Origin: Eledone cirrhosa
Lineage: Eukaryota
Reading direction: 5' to 3'
Assembly: GCA_964016885.1 (NCBI GenBank)
Contig: OZ024741.1
Span: forward strand, 175,336,001 to 175,400,000
Length of the DNA stretch: 64,000 nt
Under the pieces are notes generated by a model. It searched no databases. It saw nothing but the letters and a program-made list of their open reading frames with translations, and had not been told where the DNA came from. Positions 33,870-47,748 of the stretch are shown piece after piece (position 1 is the first letter of the stretch; each line of letters opens with the position of its first letter). A program made the position numbers and the translations under genes.

Positions 33870-34345
33870 GTAGATCCCAAGTAAAATCACAGTTATAAAA
33901 GGTACTCAATACATTAATAGAGTGTAAACATAATTATTTAATATATAACATCATTATTTAATATATAACGGCGGTGGATTGGCAGTATCGGTAGAAGGTC
34001 GGACGCCATGTTTTCCAGCATAGTTACGCCCCTTTACGATCTGAGTTCAAATCCCGCCGAGGTTGACTTTGCCTTTCATCCTTACGGGGTCGATAAAATA
34101 AAGTACCAGTAATGCACTGGGTAATTGCTGGCCTTGTGCCTAAAGTAGAAACAATTATTTAATATATAACTGACTTCTACAGGACAAGAACTGTTTCATT
34201 CGAATGACACCCCCCGCTTTTGTATGTTCATTGTAACTATGGGTCAGTAGATCAACTTCATATGGAATGACACCTTCTTTTGGATGTTAGAACATCCAAA
34301 AGAAGGTGTCCTGCAGAAACCATTTCTATATTAAATAATGATATA
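33870..34345. mobile_element. Fold-back PLE/HHR terminus containing 63-bp satellite sequence and interrupted by a SINE
   Basis: Minus-strand GAATGAAACAGTTCTTGTCCTGTAGAAG tail matches 52995-53150; satellite at 34202-34310; plus-strand tail at 34308-34345. Confidence 0.7.
33970..34156 (+). mobile_element. Full-length young SINE with 17-bp TSD
   Basis: ATTATTTAATATATAAC at 33953-33969 and 34154-34170; A/B boxes. Confidence 0.92.
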
Positions 34346-34351
34346 TATAAA

Positions 34352-34617
34352 TAATTGTTTCTACTTTTGGCACAAGGCCAGCAATTAGCTAGTACATTAC
34401 AGGTACTTTATTTTATCGACCCCATAAGGTTGAAAGGCAAAGTTAATCTGGGCGGGATTTGAACTCAGACCGTAAAGGGACGTAACTATGCTGGAAAGCA
34501 TGGCGTCCGACTCTCTACAAATACTGCCAATCCACCGCCCTATATAAATAATTGTTTCTACTTTTGGCACAAGGCCAGCAATTACCCAGTGTATTACTGG
34601 TACTTTATTTTATCGAC
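34352..34617 (-). mobile_element. SINE full copy (34352-34538) plus 3' fragment (34549-34617)
   Basis: Reverse complement of the 33970 SINE. Confidence 0.88.
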
Positions 34618-34691
34618 ATATATATATATATATATATACATAGTGAAAGCAGCGAATCTTTGGTTAAAGTTTAATCTATAAATAAATATAT

Positions 34692-34937
34692 CACCTTCAC
34701 CGGCCAGTCTGTCGGGCGCCGCTGGTCACAGCACGTCGTGCTGTTTTAGCCATAAGATAACGCCATCCCACTGGATGGGCGGGCAGGCTGTATTCATTTC
34801 TACAGCTGAGTAAACTGGAGCAACGTTAAATAAAGTGTCTTGCTCAAGGAAACAACACATCACTCGGTCCGAGAATTGAACTCACAACCTTTCGATTGCA
34901 AGCCCAAAGCTTTAACCACTAAGCCACGCGCCTTCAC
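34692..34937 (-). mobile_element. Second tRNA-derived SINE family
   Basis: Minus strand GGCGCGTGGCTTAGTGGTTAAAGC..GTTCAATTCTC then CCTTGAGCAAGACACTTT; related relic at 61590-61688. Confidence 0.8.
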
Positions 34938-35352
34938 AATATATATATAGAATTACAAAATAAGAGGAAATAATACATAAAAATATACCTATTTTTTCTT
35001 CAAAGTCCTGACTGCACAGTTTCGCATTATAGAAATGCACCATTGTTGTCAGGCTTGTCAAGGAACACCTCAGAGAAAAGGACTATTTTCCAAACGCGTT
35101 TGTCGCAAAGGAGAAAATCTTTATAGGCGGAGGGAGGAATTAACATGTGATACATCGGTCAAGAAAAAGTTCTGTTTACCATGCAGCAAGTGAAAATATC
35201 TCAGAAGGCGGAGTGAGAAATTAATGCATGATAGAGAGATTACAGGCGGCTAGTAAGTTAGACAGAAAGTGACTATCGTATCTGCTAGAGAAAGCAGTTA
35301 GTACACTTTCGTGTTAACTCGACCATAGGGGAGTTTGAGACAATGTAACAAT

Positions 35353-35451
<99 letters not shown>

Positions 35452-35644
35452 GCACACACACACACACACACACACACGCCCCCCCACATACCCCCCACAC
35501 ACATATATTTTCGCATGTGTGCATGGTGTCAACCTCAACCAGTGTTGCGCGATGATCGAAAGAGCTAAAATAATGGAAATAATTAAAATAACTCGATAAT
35601 CAGAGCTATATATATATATATATATATATATATACTATATTTTA

Positions 35645-35684
<40 letters not shown>

Positions 35685-35688
35685 TCTA

Positions 35689-35737
<49 letters not shown>

Positions 35738-35845
35738 TATATATATATAATACTGTTCAGAGCATGTTCTACTCATGTCATACATATATTAGATATATAT
35801 ATCATATATATCATATATTATATATATACATATATATATATATTA

Positions 35846-36724
35846 TCTATATATATATAAAACTGTGGTTGTCTGTCTGTCTATCGATTTTTGGCACACA
35901 TTTCCTCTTAGAATCTCTCACGGAATTGCACCGAAATTGCTATACTTGTACATTGAGCCCTAGCGAAGACATCGGGAAAAAAAAATTTCAAATTGACCCA
36001 CCCTATGTGACGAAATCGAATATAATGTATCGATTTTTGAGCGTAAGTTATCAGTTATTTCCCTTTGTTCTGTTTACATTGAGCGTCTTACGTAAAAAAT
36101 TACGCTGGCTTTAACAGTTGTCGAGCCAGCAAAATATTGACCTGCAAAATTCATCAGTTCGAACACTAAGTTTCCGTTTTGCTTCATTTCCATTTAAAAG
36201 CATTTTAAAACAATATTTTTACTTGAAAACAAGTCTATTTAAAGACTACGTAAAACAAGCAAATATTTCGTCGTTAGGCGTGCAGACAGACAGTCGTGCA
36301 GACAGACAGTCGTGCAGAGAGGTGATATACGCGTGCAGACAGACAGTCGTGCAGAGAGGTGATATAGGCGTGCAGACAGACAGTCGTGCAGAGAGGTGAT
36401 ATAGGCGTGCAGACAGACATAACTGATAATTTGGTTACGCTAATGTTTTTCTCTGCGTTGCAGTGTTTACATTTTCGATCTTTGTTAATAAATAACCAGT
36501 GCAGTTTCTATCCCCAGCATCCTCTTTTGTTATAACATTCGGGTTATCGTTATGTTTTCTTAACTTCATAAGGCATATTGTTGGTTGAGGGAATATTAAT
36601 CAAAAACACCACATGCAAGTCTGCACAGTAGACACTACAGTTTTTAAGCCAAGAAAGAAACTTAACATTGTAACTTTAACACAGCTACTGAGCGACCTCG
36701 AGCAACGCCGGGCTTTACTGCTAG
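35846..36724 (+). mobile_element. Non-autonomous Helitron with internal ~37-bp tandem repeat (36277-36420)
   Basis: A|TC 5' start, GTCTGTCTGTCT, 3' GC hairpin CCTCGAGCAACGCCGGG then CTAG|T. Confidence 0.82.
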
Positions 36725-36765
36725 TATATTATATATATATATTATATATATATATTATATATATA

Positions 36766-36865
<100 letters not shown>

Positions 36866-36901
36866 ATTATATATTTTATATATACATATATATATAGATA
36901 C

Positions 36902-36955
<54 letters not shown>

Positions 36956-37010
36956 GTATATATATAACAACTTGATTTATCTTAATTTTGGATATAGATA
37001 TATATGTATA

Positions 37011-37041
<31 letters not shown>

Positions 37042-37084
37042 GTATATGTATATAAATATCTGGAGATATATATATACATATACA

Positions 37085-37300
37085 TGCTTTATATCTGGAG
37101 ATCTCTCCGCACTTGTCGTCACATGGTACCATGGGCCCAGCACCATGTGTCAATAATTGTCACAAGTGTAGTGTTTGTACCAGAGTTTTCAAGTCGCTGG
37201 CTGGACTAAAAAGCCACACTCGTTCAGCGCATCGGTAGGGTTTCTCCTACATGGATATAAAGTAGTGGCCGTACTCGAAAACGAGTTGGCAACCACCATA
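37085..37300 (+). mobile_element. RTE-like 3' end with C2H2 finger
   Basis: Homologous to 16144-16350. Confidence 0.7.
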
Positions 37301-37312
37301 TATATATATATA

Positions 37313-37430
<118 letters not shown>

Positions 37431-37589
37431 AGTATGTATACGTATATACATATATGTATACAGACCTACAGTAGTATGTATATATATATACATACATGCA
37501 CACATATATATATCTACGTATGCGTTCACCGTACATTTATTATAATGCTCGGTGTGTTTGTAAAAAAACATCATTTTTTCTATATATAT

Positions 37590-37960
37590 AATATATGATA
37601 TATATAATATATATATAATATATGTATGACATGAGTAGAATCTGCTCTGAATAGTATTAGCAAAATAACAACGGGATTTTGTCCATAAAAATGTATTCAT
37701 CAGAACTAGTGAGATCTATTGTGGAAAAATGTAAAAAAAGCCTTATATTGCTTAAAAGTGTGACGTGTGTAAAAACGTCAAAGTATTTGATGGATGATGA
37801 GATCCACAGGAAATATCCATTAGTTATAAGTATGATGGTGTACATCAGATTTGATAAACATCTGCTCTACATATAATATACAATTGGTGGCATATATATA
37901 TATTTTTGTATATAGGCATATAAATATATTTCTATAAGTATAGATGTTGATGTAGAAAAT
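37590..37960. repeat. Unclassified (TA)n-embedded dispersed repeat
   Basis: Homologue at 53640-53920; inverted terminal piece at 35751-35820. Confidence 0.7.
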
Positions 37961-38068
37961 GTTTATGTGCAGAAGTATATATATATATATATATATATAT
38001 GTGTACTGACATATGGATATATATATATGTACTGACATATGGATATATATATATATGTACTGACATAT

Positions 38069-38140
<72 letters not shown>

Positions 38141-38142
<2 letters not shown>

Positions 38143-38322
38143 CAACGAAGATCTGGTAAGATACCAGGTGGACCAAAATGCACCAGAGTACTCGATACAT
38201 AGAGTAGTAGCATGCGCAAAAGGAAAAGAGTCAGGACCCCGACGGCTGAGCTTCGGCCGTTTCAGATGTAGCTGTCGAAATTGCAGGAGCTCGGCCGTCG
38301 GGAGTCCTGACTCTTTTCCTAT
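38141..38322. mobile_element. Diverged relative of the palindromic half-HHR mini-element
   Basis: AGGAAAAGAGTCAGGACCCCGACGGC..GCCGTCGGGAGTCCTGACTCTTTTCCT inverted arms; tail homologous to 38344-38430. Confidence 0.7.
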
Positions 38323-38343
38323 ATATATATATATATATATATA

Positions 38344-38535
38344 TAACGAAGGAAATGTGGTAAGGAACCAGGTGGACCACAACGCATCAAAGTACTCAAT
38401 ACTTAGGGTAGTAGAGTGGGTAATAGGAACGAGTAGGACCCCGACGGCTGAGCTCAAGCCGTTTCGACGGCTAATTCTGGACTCAGAATTAGCCGTCGAA
38501 ACGGCTTGAGCTCAGCCGTCGGGGTCCTACTCGTT
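38344..38535. mobile_element. Palindromic half-hammerhead mini-element (copy 2)
   Basis: Arms 38428-38479 / 38484-38535. Confidence 0.8.
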
Positions 38536-38541
38536 TCTCTC

Positions 38542-38644
<103 letters not shown>

Positions 38645-38705
38645 TTATATATATATATACAGGGACGAACAATAAGTCAATTGCATGAACTCATAATCCT
38701 TTATT

Positions 38706-38763
38706 TACTGCTATATATATTTCGATGATAGCCATTGAATGGCTATGACCTCATCAGGCAGTT
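38706..38763 (-). ncRNA. Minimal type I HHR in an orphan non-coding element (about 38660-39285)
   Basis: ACTGC-CTGATGA-GGTCATAGCCAT TCA ATGGCTATCATC-GAAA-TATATA-TA/GCAGT. Confidence 0.82.
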
Positions 38764-39284
38764 AGTCAGTTCTTAGATATGCCAGCTCTGTGTTTATAGT
38801 GTTGATGGTATCAGAGCCTTGGGACATATGAGCTTGTTAGGAATAATTTAATGTTGTCAGCAGGAATAGTCTTAATTCTCATTGGTCAGTTTGTAGATGC
38901 TAGTAGGGTAGGGTTGCTATTTGACCTCAAAGAGGCAGGTGGTGTTGTAAAGTTCAAACCGTCAGGCAAGATGACAATAGTTCCATATGACTGATTTTCA
39001 CACAAAGCATTCCTGGTCAGATATATATTCAATTATGGTTAATAGTATGAAATAAATACTACAGGTCATTCTTAAATTGAGGAATTTATGTGGAGTGGTG
39101 CTACTGAAAATTATGGTTAGAGTAAAAAATTTACAAATTAAAAGACTTATGTAGGTTGGCTTGTACGTCCACTCACACCCACCTCCCCATCCACGCACAC
39201 ACATCCACACATACAAATTGAGGAATTAATGTGGGGGTGGTAATACTTAAAATAATGGTTAGAGTCAAATACTTAGATAGTTTA

Positions 39285-39391
<107 letters not shown>

Positions 39392-39457
39392 GGTAGAACA
39401 CTGGAAGGTAATATCCGTAGTGGTAGAGCACTCAGTCCATGGGACGAGTTAGGTAGA

Positions 39458-39970
39458 AGTGGTAACACAACAGTTAGTTCACCATACCGAGAATAATTGT
39501 TTCACCTTAGCGGTTCCTCAGCTCGTACTGGTCATGGTAGATCAACTTGATATGGAAATTCCAGACATGTGGACCACGTGAGAAGATTTCATTTCTTGAA
39601 TTTAGGCAATCTCTATTCCGTAATCTCCTTAGAATATTTATCCTTTCTTCAATACACAGTCCACTCGACGGATTGCCGCGAGCGTATGGTTAGGAAACAC
39701 CTCTTGCATAACTACAAAGCTCCGGATTGAATAACAATAACATTCTAATTTTCTTATCAACTCGAACATTTTTTCCGACTTTTGCAGTTATCTCCCTTAC
39801 AGCTTTCGCCCGTGGCTTCGCATCGCTTGGGTGAAGTGACCGTTTCTGCGCACGCGCGTTCACAAGGTTGTTCTTCCTGTTCCGTATAACTATGACCATT
39901 ACGAGGTGAGGATCCGCTAAGGTGCAACAATTGTTCTCGGTATGGTGAACTAACTGTTGTGTTACCACTT
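39458..39970. mobile_element. Rearranged 3' end of the 8445-10370 PLE subfamily with two HHR copies (39481-39532 -, 39895-39946 + degenerate)
   Basis: 39560-39688 is the reverse complement of about 9970-10090; 39692-39970 matches 10088-10368. Confidence 0.8.
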
Positions 39971-39980
39971 ATATATATAT

Positions 39981-40752
39981 AAGTGGAAGCTTAGTAAAAT
40001 CGAAGCTTTGGTTGTGGCCAAGCTAACGACCTACAATTAGAAATGAGCAGCAAAGCACTCAATAAGGTAGGCCCTTAGAGTAATAACATACGTTTAGGTA
40101 GCTTGACAAATTGAAAATTGCGGCAGGCAGGCAAACCTAGCCATACAATACCAAAAAACAACGAAAAATCTAATCAGGTTAGACAACTGACCTGTTCATA
40201 TCCAACGATATTTTGCAATACATCCGATAGGTTTCTATGAAATCGGAATCATCCATCCAGCTTACGTAATGTGTATTCCATGATTGAATAGAGGATTTAA
40301 GTCATCAACAGGAAATTTCGTTCTATGCCTCAAGCCGGTGTGAAATGTAAGGCCGAACTGCTACCGTTGGCAGCCCCCAGTGTTTTACTGTCACGTGTCA
40401 TTTCCAACAAGGGAAGTAACTCCCGATTTTTGGCGGGTAAATTTAAAGTGTTAACTAAGGAAATCAATTCCGTTCCACATTCCGAATGAAATGCTCTCGA
40501 CTAGAATGGAATTGTCTAATTAAATTAATTAGTTTATCATGAAGTCTAGGAGATAATAATACAAGTGGAAGCCTAGCAAAATCGAGGCTTTGGCTGTGGC
40601 CAAGCTAACAACCTACAATTAGCAATGAGCAACAAAGCACTCAATAAGGTTGGCCCTTAGAGTAATAACATACGTTTAGATAGCTTGACAAATTGAAAAT
40701 TGTGGCAGGCAGACCTAGCCATACAATACCAAAAACAACGAAAAAACTAATC

Positions 40753-40753
<1 letters not shown>
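39981..40753. repeat. Partial tandem duplication (~195-bp direct repeats, period ~582 bp), pseudo-LTR-like
   Basis: 39981-40176 is similar to 40563-40753; (TA)n flanks. Confidence 0.75.
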
Positions 40754-40812
<59 letters not shown>

Positions 40813-40850
40813 GTGGGTGTGCATGCGTACATATATGTATGTATGTATGT

Positions 40851-43124
40851 TCTTCTGGTTTTATAATTTCACTAAGTTTTACCAATAGAGAGAGAGTCGG
40901 TTTCTAACATAGACACAAGACTCTCTCATTGGAATTTACACAACATCAACTAGGTAGATATGTATGCATGCATGTGTAGATATGGATGTTATTGTATGTG
41001 TGGATGTGTGTTTTGAGTTGTATGTGTGCATGTGTATATGCTTTGTATCTGTACATGTGTATATGCAGTTATTAGATGCAAAATGTTTGGAATGTTTTAC
41101 ATATTTTTACTGTTCCATTAATGGATTGTACTTGTAATTTCGTAACTAGTTGTGTTCTTTCTGTTCCTGTGAAGCCTAGCTTCTCAAGATTTGTATTGAG
41201 GCAGTTACTAACATATCCAAGTGCCCCAATAATCACAGGCATAAATCTGAATGTAATCAGTGTGGAATATCTGCAGATTTCTCATCAGTTCTGCATAAAT
41301 ATTCTCCTTTTCACTAATCTTTGATATTATATTGCATCTGCTGGGCAGCTAATTTCCACTACTGTGCATGTTTTCTTCTCCCTGTCCCATATCATAATAT
41401 CTGGTCTGTTATGTCTGCATTTTATTGGGGTTTTTATTGGAACATTCCACCAGTACTCATTCATATTATGTACATGGATGTCTTCCACATTGTTGTAGCT
41501 TTTAATGTGTTTATTATCAGGGCTATCTTTTTTACGAACTGCATTGTACAGTATTTTGGCCACTACATCATGCCTCATAGGTAGATAGTACCGCGATGAC
41601 ATCTTTGGACAGCTGCTGATGACATGGGTGATATCCTCGATGTTAGTTCTGCGGAGTCTGCACTTGTTATCACATCTAGGTGTTTTGCCTGCATCCCTAT
41701 CTCTTTTGTGAATCAGGTATTTCGTGCTAATCTCCTGTTCCTGGATTGCAAAAGCTTATCCTTCAAAGTGGGAGTCAATATAGCGGTTGTTGGTCCAAGA
41801 TAGACTACTTTCCTTATCTATATTACTCTCACTCTGGAGCTTCCTGGCAACATATCCATGCATGATATTTTGCTGACAGGCATGCAGTTTTTAATCCATG
41901 GATTTACTGCGATACTGCTGAGCGACATCCCTGTGTGTGAGTTTTTGATTATCACACAGGGAATATCTCTCAAGGAGTTCCTTCCCAACTCTCATGATCT
42001 TATCTGTCTCATGCAGATAGACTTGCTCGAGAAACGGGCTCCTACGCTTCGAGGTTCGTAGATGTTGTCGGAGAGATATGATGCGACATTCAAATGTTGT
42101 CTGGACTGATGTTAGGCCTCTGTCTCCCTGTTTACGTTTCAAGTAAAGGCGGTCTATGTCACTGATGATGTGGAAGTTTCCGGTGTTGTTCAGTATTTTT
42201 CGAGTTCCAACATCAACTGCTCGGATTTCGTCTATCGTCCAATTGAGTATTCCAAACGTTGGTGTTAGGACAGGCACAGCAAACACATTGTGAGCCACTG
42301 TTTTGTTTTGCGCAGAGAGTTCCGATGACCAGATCTTTCTTAATCGGGTGTAGTATTCCCTGGTTACGCGTTCTTTATTAGAGATACCATTATAGGATAT
42401 GTTCTCATCTATCCCCAGTATCTGTAGCAGTCCTCATCAGATATCGGTGAAACAGTTAGGCCATTGATGACAATGTTGCTAGATTGGGTTGTTGTTTTTC
42501 CCTGCTTTACAGTCATGTATGAGCCTTTATCTTGGCAAAACTCCATTCCTATATCCTTTGAGAACGTTGTAACCAGGTCAAGATTTTTCTTCATCCCATC
42601 CATGTTCTTGGCATAGAGTTTCAGATCGTCCGCAAAGAAATAATGGGTTAGGTTCGTATTTCTGTCCTCGTGTGAGCCAATGATGTATCCCTCACATTTC
42701 TTGAGCAGAAAGGACAAGGGGTTTAATGACAAGGTGAACAATATCACAGAGAGACTGTCCCCCTGAAATATACCCCTGCAATATTTTATTTTATAAGTGA
42801 AAATAGAGTCCTCCCTCTCTGTCTTTAACCTTAGGATAGTAGCCCAAGAAGAAGACAGCCTCTCTATGGCTCTGAAAATAATGTCTGGGACTTTAGCAAG
42901 TTGGAGGGCCTCTATCATCCAAGAGTGGGGAACAGAATCGAAAGCTTTCCTCTAGTCATATTCCTTCTAAGTTGTCGCACCTCCGACATCGCAGTTTTGT
43001 TGATTAGGAGTTGTTCAGCACATCCCCAAACCCCTTTCTTTCCAGCTGCTTGTTCGTCTGTGATGATGTTATTATTTTCACAGTGATCTTGGAGGAATAG
43101 GTTCAGGCAGGCTGTATACATCTT
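40851..43124 (-). mobile_element. R4/Dong-like non-LTR retrotransposon (RT + restriction-like endonuclease), 5'-truncated pseudogene
   Basis: GIFQGDSLS, FFADDLKLYA, CRL..EDITHVISSCP knuckle, YLPMRHD, RPDIMIWD..VVEISCP; (CATA)n at both ends. Confidence 0.9.
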
Positions 43125-43269
43125 ATGTATGTATGTATGTATGTATGTATGTATGTATGTATGTATGTATGTATGTATGTATGTATGTATGTATGTATGT
43201 ATGTATGTATGTATGTATGTGTGTATGTATGAATGTATGTATATATGTATGTATGTATGTATGTATGTA

Positions 43270-43604
43270 AGTATCATATGTATGTAAGTATGATGGTATC
43301 CAATGATGTTGACTTGTTCTTTTTGGTAAATATCATCTTGGTTAAGAGAGTGGGACTGGCTTTGTGCAGTGCCTTTGCTCACTATAAAAGCTTCAGGGCA
43401 CAGGCATTGCTTTATATCTGGACATCTCTCTGCACCTGTCGTCACGTGGTACCATGGGCCCAGCACTATGTGTCAATAATTGTCACGGGTGTAGTGTTTG
43501 TACCAGAGTTTTCAAGTCGCTGGTTGGACTAAAAAGTCACACTCGTTCAGTGCATCGGATATAAAGTAGTGGCCGTACTCGAAAACGAGTTGGCAGCCAC
43601 CATG
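43270..43604 (+). mobile_element. RTE-like 3' end with C2H2 finger (longest copy)
   Basis: CSVCTRVFKSLVGLKSHTRSVH stop; 3' CGAGTTGGCAGCCACC + microsatellite tail. Confidence 0.7.
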
Positions 43605-43941
43605 TATGTAAGTATATATGTATGTTTGTAAGTTGAAACGTATTGTTATATCTTCCTGCTGAATCCCTTAGTAATAAAAGAAAAGTCATATAAGTGAATG
43701 GGAAACTTTATACCAGCACTGAGGTGAGGATCTCCACACAAAACAGATTTATAGTTTGAATTGGCAACATAGCAATAACATTTCTATGCTGATTGGTTGA
43801 CCGGCTGATCGCCTGCTGAAATCGACTAATTGGTTTATGGCACGTCTCTACAACACATTATGTGGCCAATTGGCAAAGAAAGAAAATTTTGGAATTCGTT
43901 TTTCACCATAAGTTCTTTATTTTCAGCAATCTGTCCTTCTT

Positions 43942-44948
43942 GACACCACCGTCTTTTAGATGTTCACTGTAACTTTGGCTCAGTAGATCAACTTGATATG
44001 GAATGACACCTCCCTCTTTTGGATGTTTACTGTAACTCTGGCTCAGTAGATCAACTTGATATGGAATGACACCTCCCTCTTTTGGATGTTTACTGTAACT
44101 CTGGCTCAGTAGATCAACTTGATATGGAATGACACCTCGCTCTTTTGGATGTTTACTGTAACTCTGGCTCAGTAGATCAACTTGATATGGAATGACACCT
44201 CCCTCTTTTGGATGTTTACTGTAACTCTGGCTCAGTAGATCAACTTGATATGGAATGACACCTCCCTCTTTTGGATGTTTACTGTAACTCTGGCTCAGTA
44301 GATCAACTTGATATGGAATGACACCTCCTTCTTTTAGATGTTCACTGTAACTCTGGCTCAGTAGATCAACTTGATATGGAATGACACCTCCTTCTTTTAG
44401 ATGTTCACTGTAACTCTGGCTCAGTAGATCAACTTGATATGGAATGACACCTCCTTCTTTTAGATGTTCACTGTAACTCTGGCTCAGTAGATCAACTTGA
44501 TATGGAATGACACCTCCCTCTTTTGGATGTTTACTGTAACTCTGGCTCAGTAAATCAACTTGATATGGAATGACACCTCCCTCTTTTAGATGTTCACTGT
44601 AACTCTGGCTCAATAGATCAACTTGATATGGAATGACACCTCCCTCTTTTAGATGTTCACTGTAACTTTGGCTCAGTAGATCAACTTGATATGGAATGAC
44701 ACCTCCTTCTTTTAGATGTTCACTGTAACTCTGGCTCAGTAGATCAACTTGATATGGAATGACACCTCCTTCTTTTAGATGTTCACTGTAACTCTGGCTC
44801 AGTAGATCAACTTGATATGGAATGACACCTCCCTCTTTTAGATGTTCACTGTAACTCTGGCTCAATAGATCAACTTGATATGGAATGACACCTCCCTCTT
44901 TTAGATGTTCACTGTAACTTTGGCTCAGTAGATCAACTTGATATGGAA
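43942..44948. repeat. 63-bp minisatellite, 16 copies
   Basis: Unit GACACCTCCYTCTTTTRGATGTTYACTGTAACTCTGGCTCAGTAGATCAACTTGATATGGAAT; open on the minus strand as a 21-aa repeat. Confidence 0.97.
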
Positions 44949-45189
44949 CTAATTTCTTTCTGATTCGATCAGTTGAACATAATGGTTGCAGCATTGGGTT
45001 AACCATTGTTGATCTAGAGCAGAGTTTCCCAAACGTTTTCAAGCGTGGAACACTTTTTGGTTCAGAAAGTTTTTGGGGAACCCCAAAGTCTAATACTGTT
45101 ATATGGTCATAATATAAATATACTCTTCTACCTTTTTTCACGGCAACTCAGACGCTCCTTTGTAGAACCGACTTTAGGAACCATTAATG

Positions 45190-46920
45190 TAGAGGGACAT
45201 AAGTGGTCAACGTCTTCAAGTCAATCAGTTAACTATAATTGTCTGTTCTTCATTGCTTCGGCAGGTGAGCAGTTGTCTGGGCACTGTGGATTTAGAGTAG
45301 CTCGGTTGTTTAGTAGATTTTCGCCGTCGTCCATTCCATCTTTGACTGTCTTAATATACGTTTGAAGGTACCAATGATGCTTCTGCCGGTCCATTAGACT
45401 GAGTGATAAAAGGTGCTGAAGTAATGTGTATGATCTATCTTTGGGCTCACCACGACTTTATCATGAAGGTATGCAGTGGCCTTTTCTACTCCACTCAGCA
45501 TTGTGTTCATTGTTTCCTGAAAAGTTGTTGCTGCAGTCTTCATTCCTTAAGGTAAACGGGTGAATTCAAAGAGACCATGATACGTATTAATTGTTAGCAG
45601 ATATCTGGATTCTTCCAGAAATTCAACCTGCTGGTATGCATATGAATGATTCAGCTCTGCATAAAAGATACTGCCGTTTATCTTGGTGAAAATATTGTCA
45701 GGTAGTGGCAGTGGACATCGGTGGAGTAATTAGCACAGATACGTACCGTTCCATTTGGTTTTTTGACGACAACGATTAATGTCACCCGTGCAGAGTTGTT
45801 TACTGGTTGCAGGACACCAGCTTCCTCTAAGCATTTCAATTCAGTTCTAACGGTTGGTTAAAGCACGTGTGGCACTGGTATTTTTGGTTTGAATATTGGT
45901 TGGGCATTTAGATTTGATGTAGAATCCAAGGCACTAACTGAACACACCATATTCCTTTCGGAATTTGTTGAAGTAAGTAGCCAGACATCTCCATCGTGAC
46001 AGAAACATGGACACCTTTCATAAATGCACGATCACGGCACTTATTCTCGACAATTGGCAGCCAAGGGACGATAGTATCGGACAAAGGTGTTTCGTGCAAT
46101 TGAACACAGTTAAGGAATTTTACAAAAACATAGGAATCCCGCACATAGGAATCTCAGCACCTTTTTTGACGATTAGCAACTTCTTTATCACAATTGAATT
46201 CACCAATTAGCTGTAAATTGCATCCTGATGTATTCCTGGCCACCTCTGCGGTTGGCTTGTACTTAGGTGATCTAATAACCTTCCGTCTATGAGTTGATAC
46301 AATTGTGATGTTTGATGCTGTATCAAGTTGTAAACTGATTGATCCTTTCTCCGTTGTACGTCAAAATTACCGTCAACCATTACAATTTTCTATTCTGTTC
46401 AACTTCCTTGTTCGGCACTGGGTTTTCGATTTGTCCACAAAGTTTGCATACTGAGTCCTTGTGCATTTTGTAGAGACACCTCTTAACATAATGCCATTCA
46501 CCGCACTGCCAGCAGGCCGATTGTACTTTCGATTCATCAGTGCCCACTAAAAATGGAGACAACCTGGACGTCATCTCGGAGATATTAAACATGGGATGGA
46601 TATTAAGTGCTCCAGCATGGTTGTGTCGTGCTAGAGGTTTAGAAGACGTTAGCGGTCGTGTGACTGTTAGCAGCGTCAGGTACGTGATTAGAAAACCGCA
46701 AATAAAAATCAAGCATTTGGACTAGATTTCTGATATGACAGATAACTTGAAATTTTCACATTTAAGTTTGACGCTGCTTGCGAAAGTGATATATACTTCA
46801 CAGTCATTCTTAACCAATGTTATGCACTGATGTTGAAGATTGAATAACGATGAACGCTCAACAAAGATATCTGACAGTTGTACAGTATGGCGAAAAGTTA
46901 AATCCCTTGCATTCCTTAAA
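45190..46920 (-). mobile_element. Decayed Ty3/Gypsy LTR retrotransposon gag-pol relic
   Basis: CWQCGEWHYVKRC knuckle, LQLDTASNITIV protease, GLFEFTRLP*GMKTAATTFQ RT, SAPFITQSNGPAE integrase, in Gypsy domain order; no LTRs seen. Confidence 0.85.
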
Positions 46921-47150
46921 GAAAAAAAAAACACTCAATATCTAAATTAAAGTTCATATTTATTAGGAAACAATTAGTAAATTATCGTCTGAAGGATAGT
47001 AATTGTCCATCACATGTATGTAATTATCTGAAAAGCTCTAATTGACGATGGAGGGAATTCTCACAAAGTTTTATGGTGAATACATACACACACACATACA
47101 CTCCCTCACACACACATATATATATACATATATATATATAAATATGTATG

Positions 47151-47204
<54 letters not shown>

Positions 47205-47690
47205 TAAAAGGAAAAGAAAATGCTGACAAATTGTTCCCAGTGAAAAATAGTTTAATTAGGAATAAGTAAAAATTAGTAATAGTATTGGTTAGTATTCAGT
47301 TTTGGTTTTAAGTTTTACCGGTTGCGCATTTCTAATGCTTTTCAAAAATAATTTTGAGATAGAGCGCCCGTGATGTTTGCTCTAATCTGATTAGTTTTGG
47401 AAATTCTACCTGTTTCATGTAAAAAAAGTGGCTCCAGATGTATGAAAAAATTCTTGTGGTCAAAACAATTTTGATTGGTCGGTAGAGGTCATGTGAATGT
47501 TAAAAATTGATTTTGCACCAAATGTAAGTTTGTCTAGGCTGATTGAGAAGTCACTGAAAAATAAGTCTTTCAAGACAAATATGTGTGCGTGTGTGTGTAG
47601 TAGTAGTAAAGAGGTTCGTTGTTGTGATAATGGTCAGCAGGGATGTGTGTGTGAACCGCAGCCTGCTGACAGTTTAAATGCCTATTAAGA

Positions 47691-47748
<58 letters not shown>

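Noticed and set aside
33970-34060. tRNA genes
   Set aside because: tRNA-like A/B boxes continue into SINE core and tail with TSDs; no full cloverleaf
37690-37825. CTGATGA and ATGATGA..GAAA motifs in the 37590/53640 repeat
   Set aside because: Could not build consistent stems in both copies
43942-44948. CRISPR-like regular repeat array
   Set aside because: Units are contiguous with no unique spacers; no cas genes; eukaryotic context
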